A DNA stretch of 64,000 nt from Hydrolagus colliei (lineage: Eukaryota), in the NCBI GenBank assembly GCA_035084275.1, contig CM068756.1, positions 14,260,001-14,324,000 of the forward strand, written 5' to 3'. The first letter of the stretch is position 1. Every line of letters starts with the position of its first letter. Shown in pieces: positions 25,300 through 38,598 of this stretch. A program made the translations under genes and the position numbers. The notes beneath the pieces are model-generated. The model saw only the letters and a list, made by a program, of their open reading frames with translations. It searched no databases and had not been told where the DNA came from.

Positions 25300-27979
25300 T
25301 CACTTTGGAAAGGCGTCTGAAAGCGCTCGGCACTGTTGGTTGGCTACCGGAGCTGGAGCTGGAAGCCGAGCCATCACATATGACTGTCTGATTTTATTTG
25401 TCTCTAACACGGTATTAATTTATTCTCACACTGTAAATATTTACAACTTGTATCTTCACTGCAAATATTTTCAATTTACCTTGAAGAATATTCAGCCTGA
25501 TGGATATAGAGCTTATGAACAGCAAAATTAATGTTAACATTTATTACGATAATCCAGTAACAGTTTGGGAAGCTATCAAATGAACATATTGTTCACAAAT
25601 ATTCCAGACGCCTGGAGGTTTGGAGAAAATATCTTATATACATTCATTATTAGAGAATTCTCCAATACAACAAATGGTCGTTCACACAATCTAAACAGTC
25701 TGGTCCCAGTTACCTGGTTTCCTGTTCATTGATAATTTTATGGGCTACGCTATCAATACAATAATTGTCAATGAAACCACAATATTATTTTGAAACACAG
25801 AATGCCTTCTTACCTTTCAAGTTGTGAGATTTTAACATGGTCAACAATGAAGATGGTCAACACTATCACTACCAAGAAACAGAATATAAACCGTAAAATC
25901 ATCATACTCTCCGACATTCCACAACAACCTAGAAAACAAATATCGGAAGGTATCATGATTACATAAAATCCTCTAGATAATTGGGCTGCATTGACAACAG
26001 TTGACTTTTTAAAATTTGTTTAGCATCTTACCTGCGTTAGGTTTTGGGATGGTGGGTTTGAGGATGGTGAAGGTGACAATAGCTGAAGTCTTCAGGCTGA
26101 CGTGAGACACCAGACAGGTATAAATAGACACTATCTGGCCAGACTGTGCATCTTCAATAAAGCTAGAGATCTTAAGGAGTTCCCACGTGTTCTGTTTTTC
26201 TATGGTTGTTGTCTCTTCCACCTTTATTCCTGATGTTGGTGTAACTTGGTTCCCATCCTTATACCATGTGAGGGTGAAATCCTTTGGGTAAAACGTGGTA
26301 GTTTCACACACAAGAGTCTGATGCTCAGTTGAATTCCTAGAGGAAATCCTCAGTGGAGTTGGGGGAACTGTAGAACAGATAATGGAGGAAAATTATATTA
26401 ATTTTGATTAACAGCGGGACAAACTTTATTTTGATTCATTTCGTTGCAAGATCCTGATTCCTGAGTACAAATGGCGGTTTCCTTGGATACACAAATATCC
26501 CTCTCATAGCAAGAGAAGCCTTTCTTTTGCTTTAATTACTTTGTGGTTTTATCAATTAACGTTGATTCATCATCTTTGTCTTACATATTATTCTGAAGTG
26601 TAAGGATTAGCAGGTGGAATTCATCACTGCAAACTCTCAAACAGAGTAGATAGAGGATTCCTGACAAGTGTGAGCACACTGTGTTATTTTGGCTCAATTG
26701 GTAGCATTCTCGCCTGAGTTGGAAGAATATGGGATCAAGCTCCACGTCCAGACTTGGAATTCATGTAGTCTGTATTGAAACACCTACTGCAATGCTGTTC
26801 TCAGGATGATAAATTAAACCTGGTTTAGTTCTATGTTGAACGTTATGTTGAAGATCTCATCTTCAAACAGAGTGTAGAGTTTCACTGATGACTTGCTGTA
26901 GAATAACCCAAATTAAAAAAAATCCACCTCATGGCTGTTGTGGGACATTGCTGTGAATAAATTGGCGGCTGCGTTTGCTCAGAAAGTACTCAGTCTCATC
27001 ACTTTACAACATATCATGTGCAATGCTTTGGGAGGTGCTGTATCAATTGAACGGATTATATTATCCACGTCTTAAGAGGATTTGATCGAGTAAAGAGGAA
27101 AACAGCCAGTCTGTAAAACAAGAGTCCACAAGTTAAAACATTTACCATGAAATAAACAAGGGTGGATTCCTATTTTACTGACAAGCGGTTTGGTCCTAAA
27201 CAAAGTGATGGCTGAAGCAAAATCCATTACAGCTGGTGAGGGGAATTTTAATGTTAGGGTACAGTTGTCGTGACTTGCATTATTTTGTGTTCTCGTTGTG
27301 CAGGTTTTGAAATCATAATGTTATTTCCAATTAATTTACTCTAACAATTGTATGTGAAAATTATTAATGGATAAACAATATAAATCACTATATTAGCATA
27401 CACCGCTTTTTTTACTTTTAATGTTTTGCTCTTCATCCTCACTCACCGCGCACAATTAAGCTTGATCCAGGTCCTGTTCCAATTACTGATCCCTGACGGA
27501 TCACTGAGCAGCGATAGACTCCAGAGTCCTGTAAACTCACATTCAGGAACTGCAAGAAGCCGATTCCGTTGTGTTTCACTCCGAATATTTTCCTGCTGTC
27601 TGCCTGTGTGTCCAAGTAGCCGTCCTTACTCTCCTTCTCCCACTGGAACTGCAGGACTGAACCGCCGTCAGAGGAGGCTAACACACAGCGGAAAGTGACG
27701 TTTGTCCCTCCGATGACAACCACACATTCAGGGATTTGAATAACTTTGACTGAGGAACTACCAGCAACTGTCAGAAGATAAAGTCAAACACAGACATATT
27801 GGATGATGTACCACGAGTAATGAAACGAGTAAAAGAGGAACAAACACGAGTCCTGTATATAAATGGCACAAGGAAACAAGCTTGCACATATTTCATAGAA
27901 GAACTAAGTTATAGAATAAACATATACCTGTTGAAATAATATGGAAGGCGGACAGGTACAGAAAGCCAACACTCCCCAT
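25300..27979 (-). CDS. G3: VJ-C1 receptor, Arg-TM, short Pro-rich tail, 303 aa
   Basis: Leader 27928-27979, V 27447-27767, C1 26032-26367, TM 25814-25928 (GCCGMSESMMILRFIFCFLVVIVLTIFIVDHVKISQLE), tail 25300-25387 (RQSYVMARLPAPAPVANQQCRALSDAFPK*). Phases sum to 912 nt. Confidence 0.85.
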
Positions 27980-28007
27980 GTCTGACTCTGGCTCTGATGA
28001 GCTCAAA

Positions 28008-28045
28008 CACTCACACACACACACACACACACATACACATACACA
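28008..28045. repeat. (CA)n microsatellite just upstream of the G3 ATG
   Basis: Direct reading. A (TG)n tract lies at about 54167-54195. Confidence 0.9.
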
Positions 28046-29779
28046 CGATTAGTTGATATAGAGTAGGTAGCTGTGACACTGACTTCCTGTTTCTTTGGGT
28101 TGGTGAAATCTGGCTGGAGTGGTTGTTGCGTTTTGCAATCACCACTTTTACAGTCAAATTATTAAAATACTAATTCTTAATTCCAATAACAGAGAAATGT
28201 CAATCAAATATATAAACATAAAAAACAGTGTTCAGGTTCATTATTGAGTCAGTGGTGCTTTCTCAAACGGGACATGCTGTTTTAAGCATCAATTTAGTGG
28301 AAAGCGCTATATAAATGTAAGGATTATTACTCTTATTATAATTATATAACTCGGCTTGGAGTCAACAGTTTCAGGAACAAGCCAATCTGGTGGAATAATT
28401 TTGCTGATAGTTCTTTCTGTCCCCTATTGATAGAAATGAACCTTTACCCTCTAAAGCGTACCCCACGCTTTGGGACGTCCTGCCGACGTGAAAGGCACCA
28501 TATAAGTGCAATGTTGTTGTTGTTGTTGTTGTTGTACCCCGTCCCTCTAAACTACCAAATTATCGTCCCATCTTAACCTTACCCTCGATATCTAACTGTC
28601 CTGGCCACCAGGATATCAACTTTGCTCCCACCTGTTTTTCCACTGGGTGTCACAAATCCAGTTTCCACCCAAATCCGAGACAGCACAGTCAAAGTAAGGA
28701 TAATATACCTTCTCTGTGTTTCTTTCTCTCTGGAACATCAGTCCTCTGCATTAACGTGTTCCCTTGTATCCAATGGCCCGGTCACTTAACTTGTTGCTGT
28801 GGCTACTTGACTTCTCTTCCCTCATCCCTCTCCTTGGCGCTCCATGGCCACCTGCAGAGTGTCCAAGAACTGTATTCTGTGCCTTTCCCTCACCTGCGTG
28901 CTCTCTCTTTTGGTGATACTATCCAGAGACAAGTGATTAACTTTCACATTGATGCCAGTGAAAGGGTAATCTACTTCTGAATTCCTGCTGTTGATTCCGG
29001 GTATATTGATGCTCTGTGCATTTGCGTGTCAGTGGCTAGATTTCTCCAGACTTACTCTACCTTAATGTGATTGACGGAAGCTATCCCCCTCGCCTTCTGC
29101 CAACATTTCCTTCAGCTTGCATACCTTCACTTCCTTGCCCACAAAAGAGAGAGAAACATAATTTCACAGCATAGGAAGTGTCCATCACTTGAATACCCAG
29201 TTGCAGGCAGTGAATTGTGTGATATTATTCAGGTCAAACAACATATTCGTACTTGCCTTGGAGATGCTGAAATTCACCAAATTCATAGTAAAGGGGGATC
29301 CACTCAGCTGCCTCTGCCCTTCCGTCTACTCCCACCTCCCTATACATTCCTCATACCTCAGACCATACCTCCCTCCACATCTTTGAACCTGTCTCCCACT
29401 CCTCTCACAACACCACTGTAAGTTGCATAACCAACCACCTGTTGCCTAAATTCCGTCTCCACCCCTCTCCTTACCTCCCAGCTGAACGTCCTTGCCACTC
29501 TACTTGTAGAAAAAAAATCCTCTCCCTGTCCACGGGTATCATTCCTACCCTGATACATGGTCTTCACCATTCCTACCCTTAAAATCCCTCCCTAGATCCA
29601 TTGCTGCTCTCACGCTGCCACTCCATCTCCAATCTCCTTTCCTTACCAAGGTCCTAGAACTAGTTATTGGTTCCCTTTATTTCCTGTATGAAAGAACTCC
29701 TCAAACTCCTTTATTTCCCATTACTCACTTCACAAACCCCTGCAATTGGGTTTCCATGCTGCCCACAGCACAGAGGCAA

Positions 29780-29955
29780 CCCTGCCTCTCCCCATTCCCC
29801 CGTCTCTCCCTCCCTCTTCCCCACCCTTCTCCCCCTCCCTCTTTCCCCCCCGTCTCTCCCTCCCTCTCCCCCCTGTCTCTCCTTCCCTCTTCCCCCACCG
29901 TCTCTCCCTCCCTCCACCCCACCCCCCCGTCTCTCCCTCTCTCTCCCCCCACCCC
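29780..29955. repeat. Polypyrimidine low-complexity tract
   Basis: Repeats of CCGTCTCTCCCTCCCTC-like units. Confidence 0.9.
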
Positions 29956-30284
29956 TTGCATACCTGTATATTGTATTCGAGGACTACAAATACAATATGG
30001 CGGCTTGCACCTTGGTCTGTGCATTGTGTAGAGATGAGCATTCTGGATCTTGTAGTTCAGTGCTCCATGCTCTATTCCATGCTCTAAGCCCAGGAGGTTG
30101 CAATGCCGGCGACAAGGTACCGATATATTTTTTTATATCAAATTTTTCGATATATCGATATATTTTAAATTCCGATATCGGCATATCGATATGAAAATTA
30201 TATTGGATATAACTGATATATCGATATATCGACGGGCCCTAGTGCCCTCCCTAGTGCCAGATGGCATCTCAGAGTGCCTAAATA

Positions 30285-30632
30285 ATAATAAATAATAATA
30301 ATAATCCTTGCATTTGATATAGCGCTTTCCACATCTTATCAACGTCCCAAAGCGCTTCACAGAATATACTGTAAAGTGAATTGACTGTATATATTTGTGG
30401 GCGAATCGCGGCAGCCAATTGCGCACAGCAGTGTCCCACACACAGTCGTGGATTGAAATGACCAATTTTATTATTGTGGTATTTTTGGAGGGATTATTAT
30501 TAGGCGTGTGGAGTAAGGAAACTTGCCCAAGGTTTCGCCCTGACCTGCCTGGATTCGAACACAGGTCTCCCCGGTTTGGTCTCCCCCAGCTTGCAAGACA
30601 AGTACTCTAACCCACTGAGCCAAAGGAGCTCC
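30285..30632 (-). mobile_element. tRNA-derived SINE, same family
   Basis: Reverse complement of 20455-20805. Further minus-strand copies at about 39005-39302, 48972-49282 and 52493-52800. Confidence 0.85.
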
Positions 30633-30894
30633 TACTCCTTCTCTATCCAGTCCATAAATACTCTATGGACTGGATAGAACTTGTCAACAGGGAAGTTGAA
30701 AGAAATCAAGTTGTGTTATTTGACTGATCACCCATGATGTAAAAAAACTTAACAGGAGCAATAAACAAGACAAGCAGGGCGTGGTGTTATTTGCTGCACT
30801 ATATGCTGTTCGGCAGTGTCAGCAGAAGTGAAACATATGTGTGTTTCGGAGGGTTGGACCTTGTATTCTAGATGTCCTGCACAAAACATTCAAA

Positions 30895-31205
30895 AGGATG
30901 TGATTCACAAACTGTGTGGAACGTTGATGTTGATATTGGCAGTTTGAATGATGATTGTAACGCAGCCCCGGATTGAACAATAGGTCACTTACTTGACAGT
31001 TAAGGTTGAGCAATGATAAGTGCATGAGTAACCATGAAAGTTGTATTAGAGAAAAGAGGAAACGGGTTATTTTCTTGTTGTTTTCCGAATCAAATAAACT
31101 GTCATTGTACACAATAGTACGTTTTACTCAGGAAAGTAATGATGCAGTGGAAAGTGATGTTTGTCCCTCTAATGGCAATCTAGGCTTAGTGTTACTTTGA
31201 CATAA
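30895..31205 (-). pseudogene. Second copy of the old V-exon relic
   Basis: Decayed frames VKVTLSLDC/IRGTNITFHCIITFLSK and LLNLNCQVSDL...QHQRSTQFVNH, homologous to 11469-11757 plus 9745-9789. Confidence 0.6.
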
Positions 31206-31294
31206 ATTGACATATATTTTTAAATCGATTGGCTACATACTATTAAAATACTCACTGAATGGATGCTATTTGAATGTAGATAAAAGCTTAAGTA

Positions 31295-31993
31295 CCGTAA
31301 ATACCCGCGTATAAGGCGCACTCGCATATAAGACGCACCCCCCACTTTTGACCTTTTCTTGGTGAAAAAAACTGAAGCATTTTCGATGATATTGCCGGCA
31401 TAAGGGAAGGAGGCAGGAGAGACAGGTAGGTAGCAAGGGAGAGAGGGAGGCAGGCAGGCAGGGAGGGAGAGAGGGAGGCAGGCAGCCAGGGAAGGGAGAG
31501 AGGGAGACAGGCAGGCAAGGGAGTGAGGGAGGCAGGCAAGGGAGGGAGGGAGGCAGGGCAGGGAGGGAGGGAGGCAGGCAGCCAGGGAGGGAGGGAGGCA
31601 GGTAGGCTGCCAGGCAGGCAAGGGAGTGAGGGAGGCAGGCAAGGGAGGGAGAGAGGCAGGCAGGGAGAGAGGGAGGGAGAGAGAGGCAGGCAGGGAGGGA
31701 GGCAGGGAGGGAGGCAGGCAGGCTGGGTTAGGCAGAAGGCAGGCAGCAGGCACAGCACTGAAGTCCGCTGCTGCTGCCGCTGCCCGGGCGGCCGAGGCCG
31801 AAGCCCCGTCACCCGCTCCCCCCAACCCCCGCCGGACACTGACCAAACCCCGGCTGACAGCGCGCCGGCCGCCCCTCCTGTTTACTGTATTTCCGAGGCT
31901 CAAAATTTCTTGTTCCTGCGTATAGGGCGCACCCCCAACTTTCGAGATCTACCGACGTGAAAAAAAGTGTGCCTTATACGCGGGTATTTACGG
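31295..31993. mobile_element. Non-autonomous Tc1/mariner (Tc2/pogo-like) MITE
   Basis: About 28-bp TIRs CCGTAAATACCCGCGTATAAGGCGCACT / AGTGTGCCTTATACGCGGGTATTTACGG, TA duplication on both sides. Absent at paralogous sites near 12110 and 22215. Confidence 0.85.
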
Positions 31994-33989
31994 TAATGGT
32001 TGAATGGGCTACATTGAAGGATTAGTTTCATGCCATAATATCGAACTGAACTAATGAGTAAATAAACGGAGTACCAAACCCTCTGGGCTGCAATATAAGT
32101 TCGAGTTATTACTTTTTGTTAGCAATGCATAAGGCAAGCCAGTTGTCTTAAAAGGACAATATTGAGCCAAAATAGAGGAGCTAAATCACTGGTGCACCCG
32201 CACTTGAAATATTGTGTGCAGTTCTGTTGACCGCAATACAGAAAGGATATTGCATTGATAGAGAGGATACAGAGGACGGCAACCAAATCAATTGAGGGGA
32301 TGAAGGGACTGGACTACAAGGACTTCTTCATTCTACTCCTGCAGTGATTACATTTACTGGGCATGTTCATGCTGGAGTTGAGAAGGTTGAGGTGCAATAT
32401 GATTAGAGTCTTTAAGATTCTGAAAGGACGATGAAATATAGACAACGATAAGCTGTTTTATCTTACAATGAAGAGTAGAACCAGATGACAAAGATTGAAG
32501 GCGGTGGGGGGAGGAGGTAGACTCAAAGCAAGTCTATAGAAATGCTACTTCAGTGAGCGAATAGTAAACTCATGGAACAGGCTCCATAAGGAGATGGTGA
32601 AAACGGAAACTGTAGTTTGTTTCAAGAAGCAATTAGATAGATTTTTGCAAATTCATTGGGATATAGTGTGCAGTTTGGGACTCGTGTCAAGGGACTGTTA
32701 GGTTGGTAGAAGGCAAACTAGGTGTATCCTTGGTCTTCTTTCACTTACGACATGCTTATGATGTTAAGTTGTTGTTACTAATATTATAAATAAATTGTAA
32801 AATATACCCAAACACATGTCTGAATGAAATGATTGGATGCATTTAATACATTTTGATATCGCTTTCCTTTAGAGCACAGACAATCAATGAATGACCAAAA
32901 TACTACATTGATCTTCATTGAACATTTTATTTATTGCAATTCAAAATGATGAATCAAATCTGTTACGTTCAATTATCATGTACGATACAAGCAACTTCAT
33001 TTGAGATTTTAGGCAAATGGTATTACAGATATCACTCAAAAATAGAATAACACCTTTATTGATTGCAATGTCGTAGCCGCCAACCTTACAAAACATCAAT
33101 AGCTGTATTTTAACATATACCATGTATGAGACATGGCGATTTTTCAAATTAAGCTGGATTTTTAAACAGCTGAATAATATGTTTAGGCAATTCTAGTGAA
33201 ATAATGCAAAAAGAAGATAGATTGAAGAGTAAACGCCGTTTGAATTTTTTTGTGCAGAAACATCTGTGGATACATAGATTTGTTAAAACCATCAACATAA
33301 TGTTCCGTAGCTGTGAGAGAAATCTAACCGTGATCTGCAATTGATGTTCAACTGGACTCCATGATATGTCCCCAAATAGTCATTATAAAAAAGTAGCTGC
33401 GTTGGGTATAATAGTATTTGTAATTGTCGGTTTATTGGTGCAAAATTGTCCAAACTGATGTGTAATATTTTGACCTGGGTCTGCGAAGAAAGTCTGGGAA
33501 ACTACAACAAGAACAACAAAATTATATTTTTTAGCGCCTTTCACTTGGGGAGGATGTCCCAAGATGCTGGAACATATAACTGCTAATATATCATGGATGA
33601 AAACAAATAAGATGCGGGTAATATACCAGTTAGATTCAGACTCGTAAATGGTATAAATCACATGGCTCAAATATGTTTAATACAGTGTTCCAGTTCATAA
33701 TGTATAATCTTCTATTTCATCAGTCACTGCATTTCCATCAACATAATTCAATCGCCTGTGATGATTTCTCTCTTCATCTGTAAGTCAACAAGCAGAGCCA
33801 GTGTGAGCCAGTATCACCAATCGTTTGACTCTATGATTAATTCTATGGATTGCCATTTCACACGCAAACAAATTGATGCTTCAATCTGAAATGTTCACAA
33901 CGAGACTGTGATCGTAATATGTTTTAGTTTAATTCTAAACGGCAACTAAAGATATTCAGACAACACCATTGACATTGATATCCCGCCGA

Positions 33990-36900
33990 TCACTTTGGAA
34001 AGGCACCTGAAAGCGCTTGGCACTGTTGGTTGGCCACCGGAGCTGGAGATGGAAGCCGAGCCATCACATATGACTGTCTCATTTTATTTGTCTCTAACAC
34101 GGTATTAATTTATTCTCACACTGTAAATATTTTCAACTTATCTTCAAGAATGTTCAGTCGTATGAAAGTAGAGCTTACGAACAGCGATATTAATGTTAAC
34201 ATTTATTATGATAACCCAGTAACAGTTTGGGAAGCTATCAGATGAACATATTGTTCACTAGTGTTCCAGACACCTGGAGGTTTGGAGGAGATATCTTTAT
34301 ATCCACTGATTATTAGAGAATCCTCCAAAACAAAAATGGTTAATTCCTATAATCTAAACAGTCTGGTCCCGGTTACCGGCGAATCTGGCAGTTTCCTGTT
34401 CATTGATAATTTTATGGGCTACGATATCAATCCAATAATTGTCAATGAAACCACAATATTATTTTGAAACAAAGAATGCCTTACCTTTGTGATTTTAACA
34501 TGGTCAACAATGAAGATGGTCAACACTATCACTATCAAGAAACAGAATATAAACCGTAAAATCATCATATTCTCCGACATTCCACCATAACCTAGAAAAC
34601 AAATATCGGAATGGAAAATGTTTACATGAACTCTATGGAATAATTAGTCTGTAATGGGAAAAAGCACACCTTCTTAATTATAATGGAAGCTACAGTGAGG
34701 TGGATGAATATAATCAACTGTTAATTAATGTGATTGAAAACAACAGAGAATTATCGTGATCCTCAACGCACAATGGATTGGTGAATGGTTATTTATTTGT
34801 GTTTTATTTGTGAACATGTAAAGTCGAAAAGTCCAATTACTGATTTGAAAACTAGTTGCAGGTGGAGCGCGCAGGACTATTGCTGGTTAACAAATAACAA
34901 AAAATACATATTGAAGGCGAGACATTTGGAATTTAATACCAAAACAAGAAGATACTCAGATTTGAGATATTCTTCCTTTCCAAGACTAAATATTTATAAT
35001 TCATTGTTTATATATTTCACATATATACATGGTGTTTTCAGCAAGAAATGTTCTGTGTATGACTATAAATTTGTTGCGTAAATAAATGCAGATGCAACTT
35101 CAAGGGGATATTTGAAATGGAGATGGATAGTAGGTTATAGGGATATGGAAAGTGGCGGAGAAATTGATTAAAATTCTGCCATCATTCTGAAGCAACAATA
35201 ACCTACATTTATATAGTGAGCTTCCAACTGGAGACTTCACCCATAAATAGAAATGTAAGCGAAACCTCTGATTTCACACTAACAGTAATGTTGTTCCGCT
35301 GTATTGCTATAAATTTTATAAATAATTTACAGCAGTTGCAGTAAGTACCCCAATGTCAATTTATGGTTGTTTGTGGTAATTTGCTGCGCTCAAATTGTTG
35401 AGTTCATCCACAACAACAATAATTTTTAAAATATAAAAATATATTTATATAGCGCCTTTCACATCAAGAGGCCTTTCCTATAAATGATAATAACAATCCT
35501 TGCAATTGATGTAGCACCTTACCACATTGTCGAGATATCGCAAAGTGTTTCACAGAATATACTGCAGAGTGAATCGACTGTGTGTTTTATGGGTGAAAAT
35601 GGGGCTATCAATTGTGCACAAACACTCGTGGATGAAGTGACCAAATTTCTATTATTTTTATTCTTATAAAATATATTGAAGGCATTAATAATCCCAGAAC
35701 AGTCATCTGCGAATGGTCGATCAACTGGGTTCCTACTTATTGCAAGAGATTCTGATGAATAATAATCCTAACAGGAGCCAATTTTCCAAACAACAATGTG
35801 TCATAAATAGTGATGAAGTGAATAACTAACTTTATCTGGGGGGATCATTAACCAGAACACAGGGAGGAAGAATCTTATTTCACTTTTGGAATAGTCCCAC
35901 TGCACCTGACCAAGCCATAGGGACCTCGGTTTAATGTCCCATCCCAATAGGGGGAAGCCACAGAATGCTAGGGTCTCCCGGGAGGGAGTCACATTCCATC
36001 CCTCAAGTTACAGGCAGGAGCTGCTGAACATTGAATGTTCCTCGGGGCTCTAACCTCAGCCTCTCTTCTTCACTATCTATATGCTCCCACTTGGTGACAT
36101 CATCCATGGACATGTATGTCCACATGTATAATGATGAAACCCAACTCTCTCGTCTTTCTCCACATACAACATCCCTCATCGACCCAATTCGTGCGAAACT
36201 TCAATTCGTTGATGAGCTGTTTCATCATTATACATGTCTTCAACTGAATAAAAATAATCTCTGGATTTTATACCGCGCCTTATATATCAAATACAATGAT
36301 TAGTAATATTATTATCTCGTTATTGTCGTCTCAAATCATTTCAGCCGAATCTGAACATCCTGTTTCGAATTGAATTAAAAACAGATGACATCTTTAGTGT
36401 CGTTCAGCATTTTACCTGCATTAGGTTTTGTGATAGTGTACGTGGCAATAGCTGAATTCTTGAGGCTGAAGTGAAACACCAGACAGGTATAAATAGAAGC
36501 TATCTGGGCAGACTGTGAATTTTCGATAGAACTGGAAACCTTAGAGTGTTCCCCCGAGTTCTGCTTTTCTATGGTTAGTGTCTCTTCAAGCTTTATTCTT
36601 GGTGTTGGTGTAACTTGGTTCCCATCTTTATACCATGTGAGGGTGAAATCCTTTGGGTTACACCCGGTAGTTTCACACACAAGAGTCCGATGCTTAGTTG
36701 AATTCCTAGAGAAAATCCTCAGAGAAGTTGGGGGAACTGTGGAACAGATAATGAAGGAAAATCATTAATCATTAATTTGGATCAATCAGCGAGACAAACT
36801 TTATTTTGTTTCATTTCTTTGCAAGATCCTGATTCCTGAGTGCAAGTTTAGGCTTATTTAGATTCATAAATATCTCTCTGACAGCAGCAGACGCCACCCT

Positions 36901-38196
36901 CCTGCTTTAATTACTCTGTGGTTTTTTATCAATTAATGTTGATTCATAATGTTTGTCTTACATATTATTACTATAATTGTTATTGTGACTAAGATTATTT
37001 GGCGGAATTGATCACTGCAAACTCTCGATCAGAGGAGACACAGGATTCCTGACAGGTGTGAGAACACTGTGTTATTCTGGCTGAATTTGGTAGCATTCTT
37101 GCATCCGAGTTAGAAGGATACGGGATCAAACTTGACATCGGGACTTGGAATTCACACAGTCGATGTGGAAACATTTGCTGCAATGCCGCTCTTAGGATGA
37201 AAAATTAAATATGGTTTAGTTCCACTGGTTATGTTGAACATTACAGATCTCATGGTGAAATTCAAAAAGAGTTTCTCAGACGGTCTACCCTACAATGACA
37301 CACATCTCAAGCAAATTGTCATCCACCCCATGGCTGTGGGGCATTGCTGTGCATAAATTGGTGGCTAATAAAGTAGAGGTTTAATTTTGACTTTACTGTG
37401 AGGCGCTTGGGTCCCAAACAAAATACTGGTGAAGTAGAATCCATAATTGCTTTTAAAATGAATTTTAATATCATGGTTCCTTTGTCTTCTACATGGATTT
37501 TGGATTCCATTTGGGAATAGCATGGATACATTCTGTATGTAGGCTTTATAACATTAGAATTGATAAAACTATTTGTTAGTTTGTGTTGAGTTTTTTTGGG
37601 GTTTTAGTTGGAATAGGGGTTACTTTTAATGTAATGCTCATATATTTTCAGCGTTGATCCACACTCACCGCACACAGTTAAGCTTGATCCAGGTCCTGTT
37701 CCAATTCCTGATCCCTGACGGATCACTGAGCAGCGATAGACTCCAGAGTCCTGGAAACTCACATTCAGGAACTGGAAGAAGCCGCTTCCTTTGCTTTTCA
37801 CACCAAATGTTTTCCTGCTGTCCGCCTGTGTATCCAAGTAGCCGTCCTCACCCTCCTTCTCCCACTTCACCTCCTCTCCTGAACCGTGTTGAGAGAAGGG
37901 GAAGATACAGCTGAATGTGACGTTTGTCCCTCTGATGGCAGCCACACGTTTAGGGATTTGAGTCACTTTCACTGAAGAATCGCCAGCAACTGTCAGAAAA
38001 TAAAGTCAAAAGATTTCTTAGACAATGTGCGGGAAAGCACACGAGTAAAGGGGGGGGGAAGCATAAGTATATACGATAAACGGCACATGGAAGCAAGCTT
38101 GCACTTAGTTCATACACAAAAATAGGCGTAGGATAAACATATACCTGTTGAAATAATATGTAAAACTGATAGATACAGAAAGACAACACTCCCCAT
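33990..38196 (-). CDS. G4: VJ-C1 receptor, Arg-TM, short Pro-rich tail, 294 aa
   Basis: Leader 38145-38196, V 37669-37989, C1 36416-36736, TM 34485-34591, tail 33990-34073 (SYVMARLPSPAPVANQQCQALSGAFPK*) using the second AG of a tandem acceptor. Total 885 nt, open. Confidence 0.83.
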
Positions 38197-38598
38197 GTCT
38201 AACTCTGGCTCTGATGAGCTGTAACACATGAATGTGCAGTGTTTGATATAGCTGTGACAATGACTTCCTGTTTCTTTCGCTTCGTGAAACGTGGCTGTTG
38301 TGGTTGATGTGATTTGAAATCCACTTCTAGGGTAAAATTGTGAAACTAATAATTCGTCCTATTAGTAGCAGAGAAAGTCTAAAACAAATATCTAAACATT
38401 TAAAAAAAAGTGTTCAGCAGCACTGTCGTGTCAGTGATACTTTCCTCATGGTGTTGCTCATATCGTGCTGAAGTTGGCTGTAGCAAATAGAGTCACTACA
38501 AAGGCAAGGATCAGCTGAATCATTTAAGATGTTTGGAATTGGAGGGAACACTGATAATTGCTGAATTGGTCACCCAACTGATTTGGTGATAAACGTAC

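Noticed and set aside
29667-30194. Pro/Gly/Arg-rich ORFs (also 15351-15773 and 31220-31960)
   Set aside because: Products of low-complexity purine/pyrimidine tracts open in several frames.
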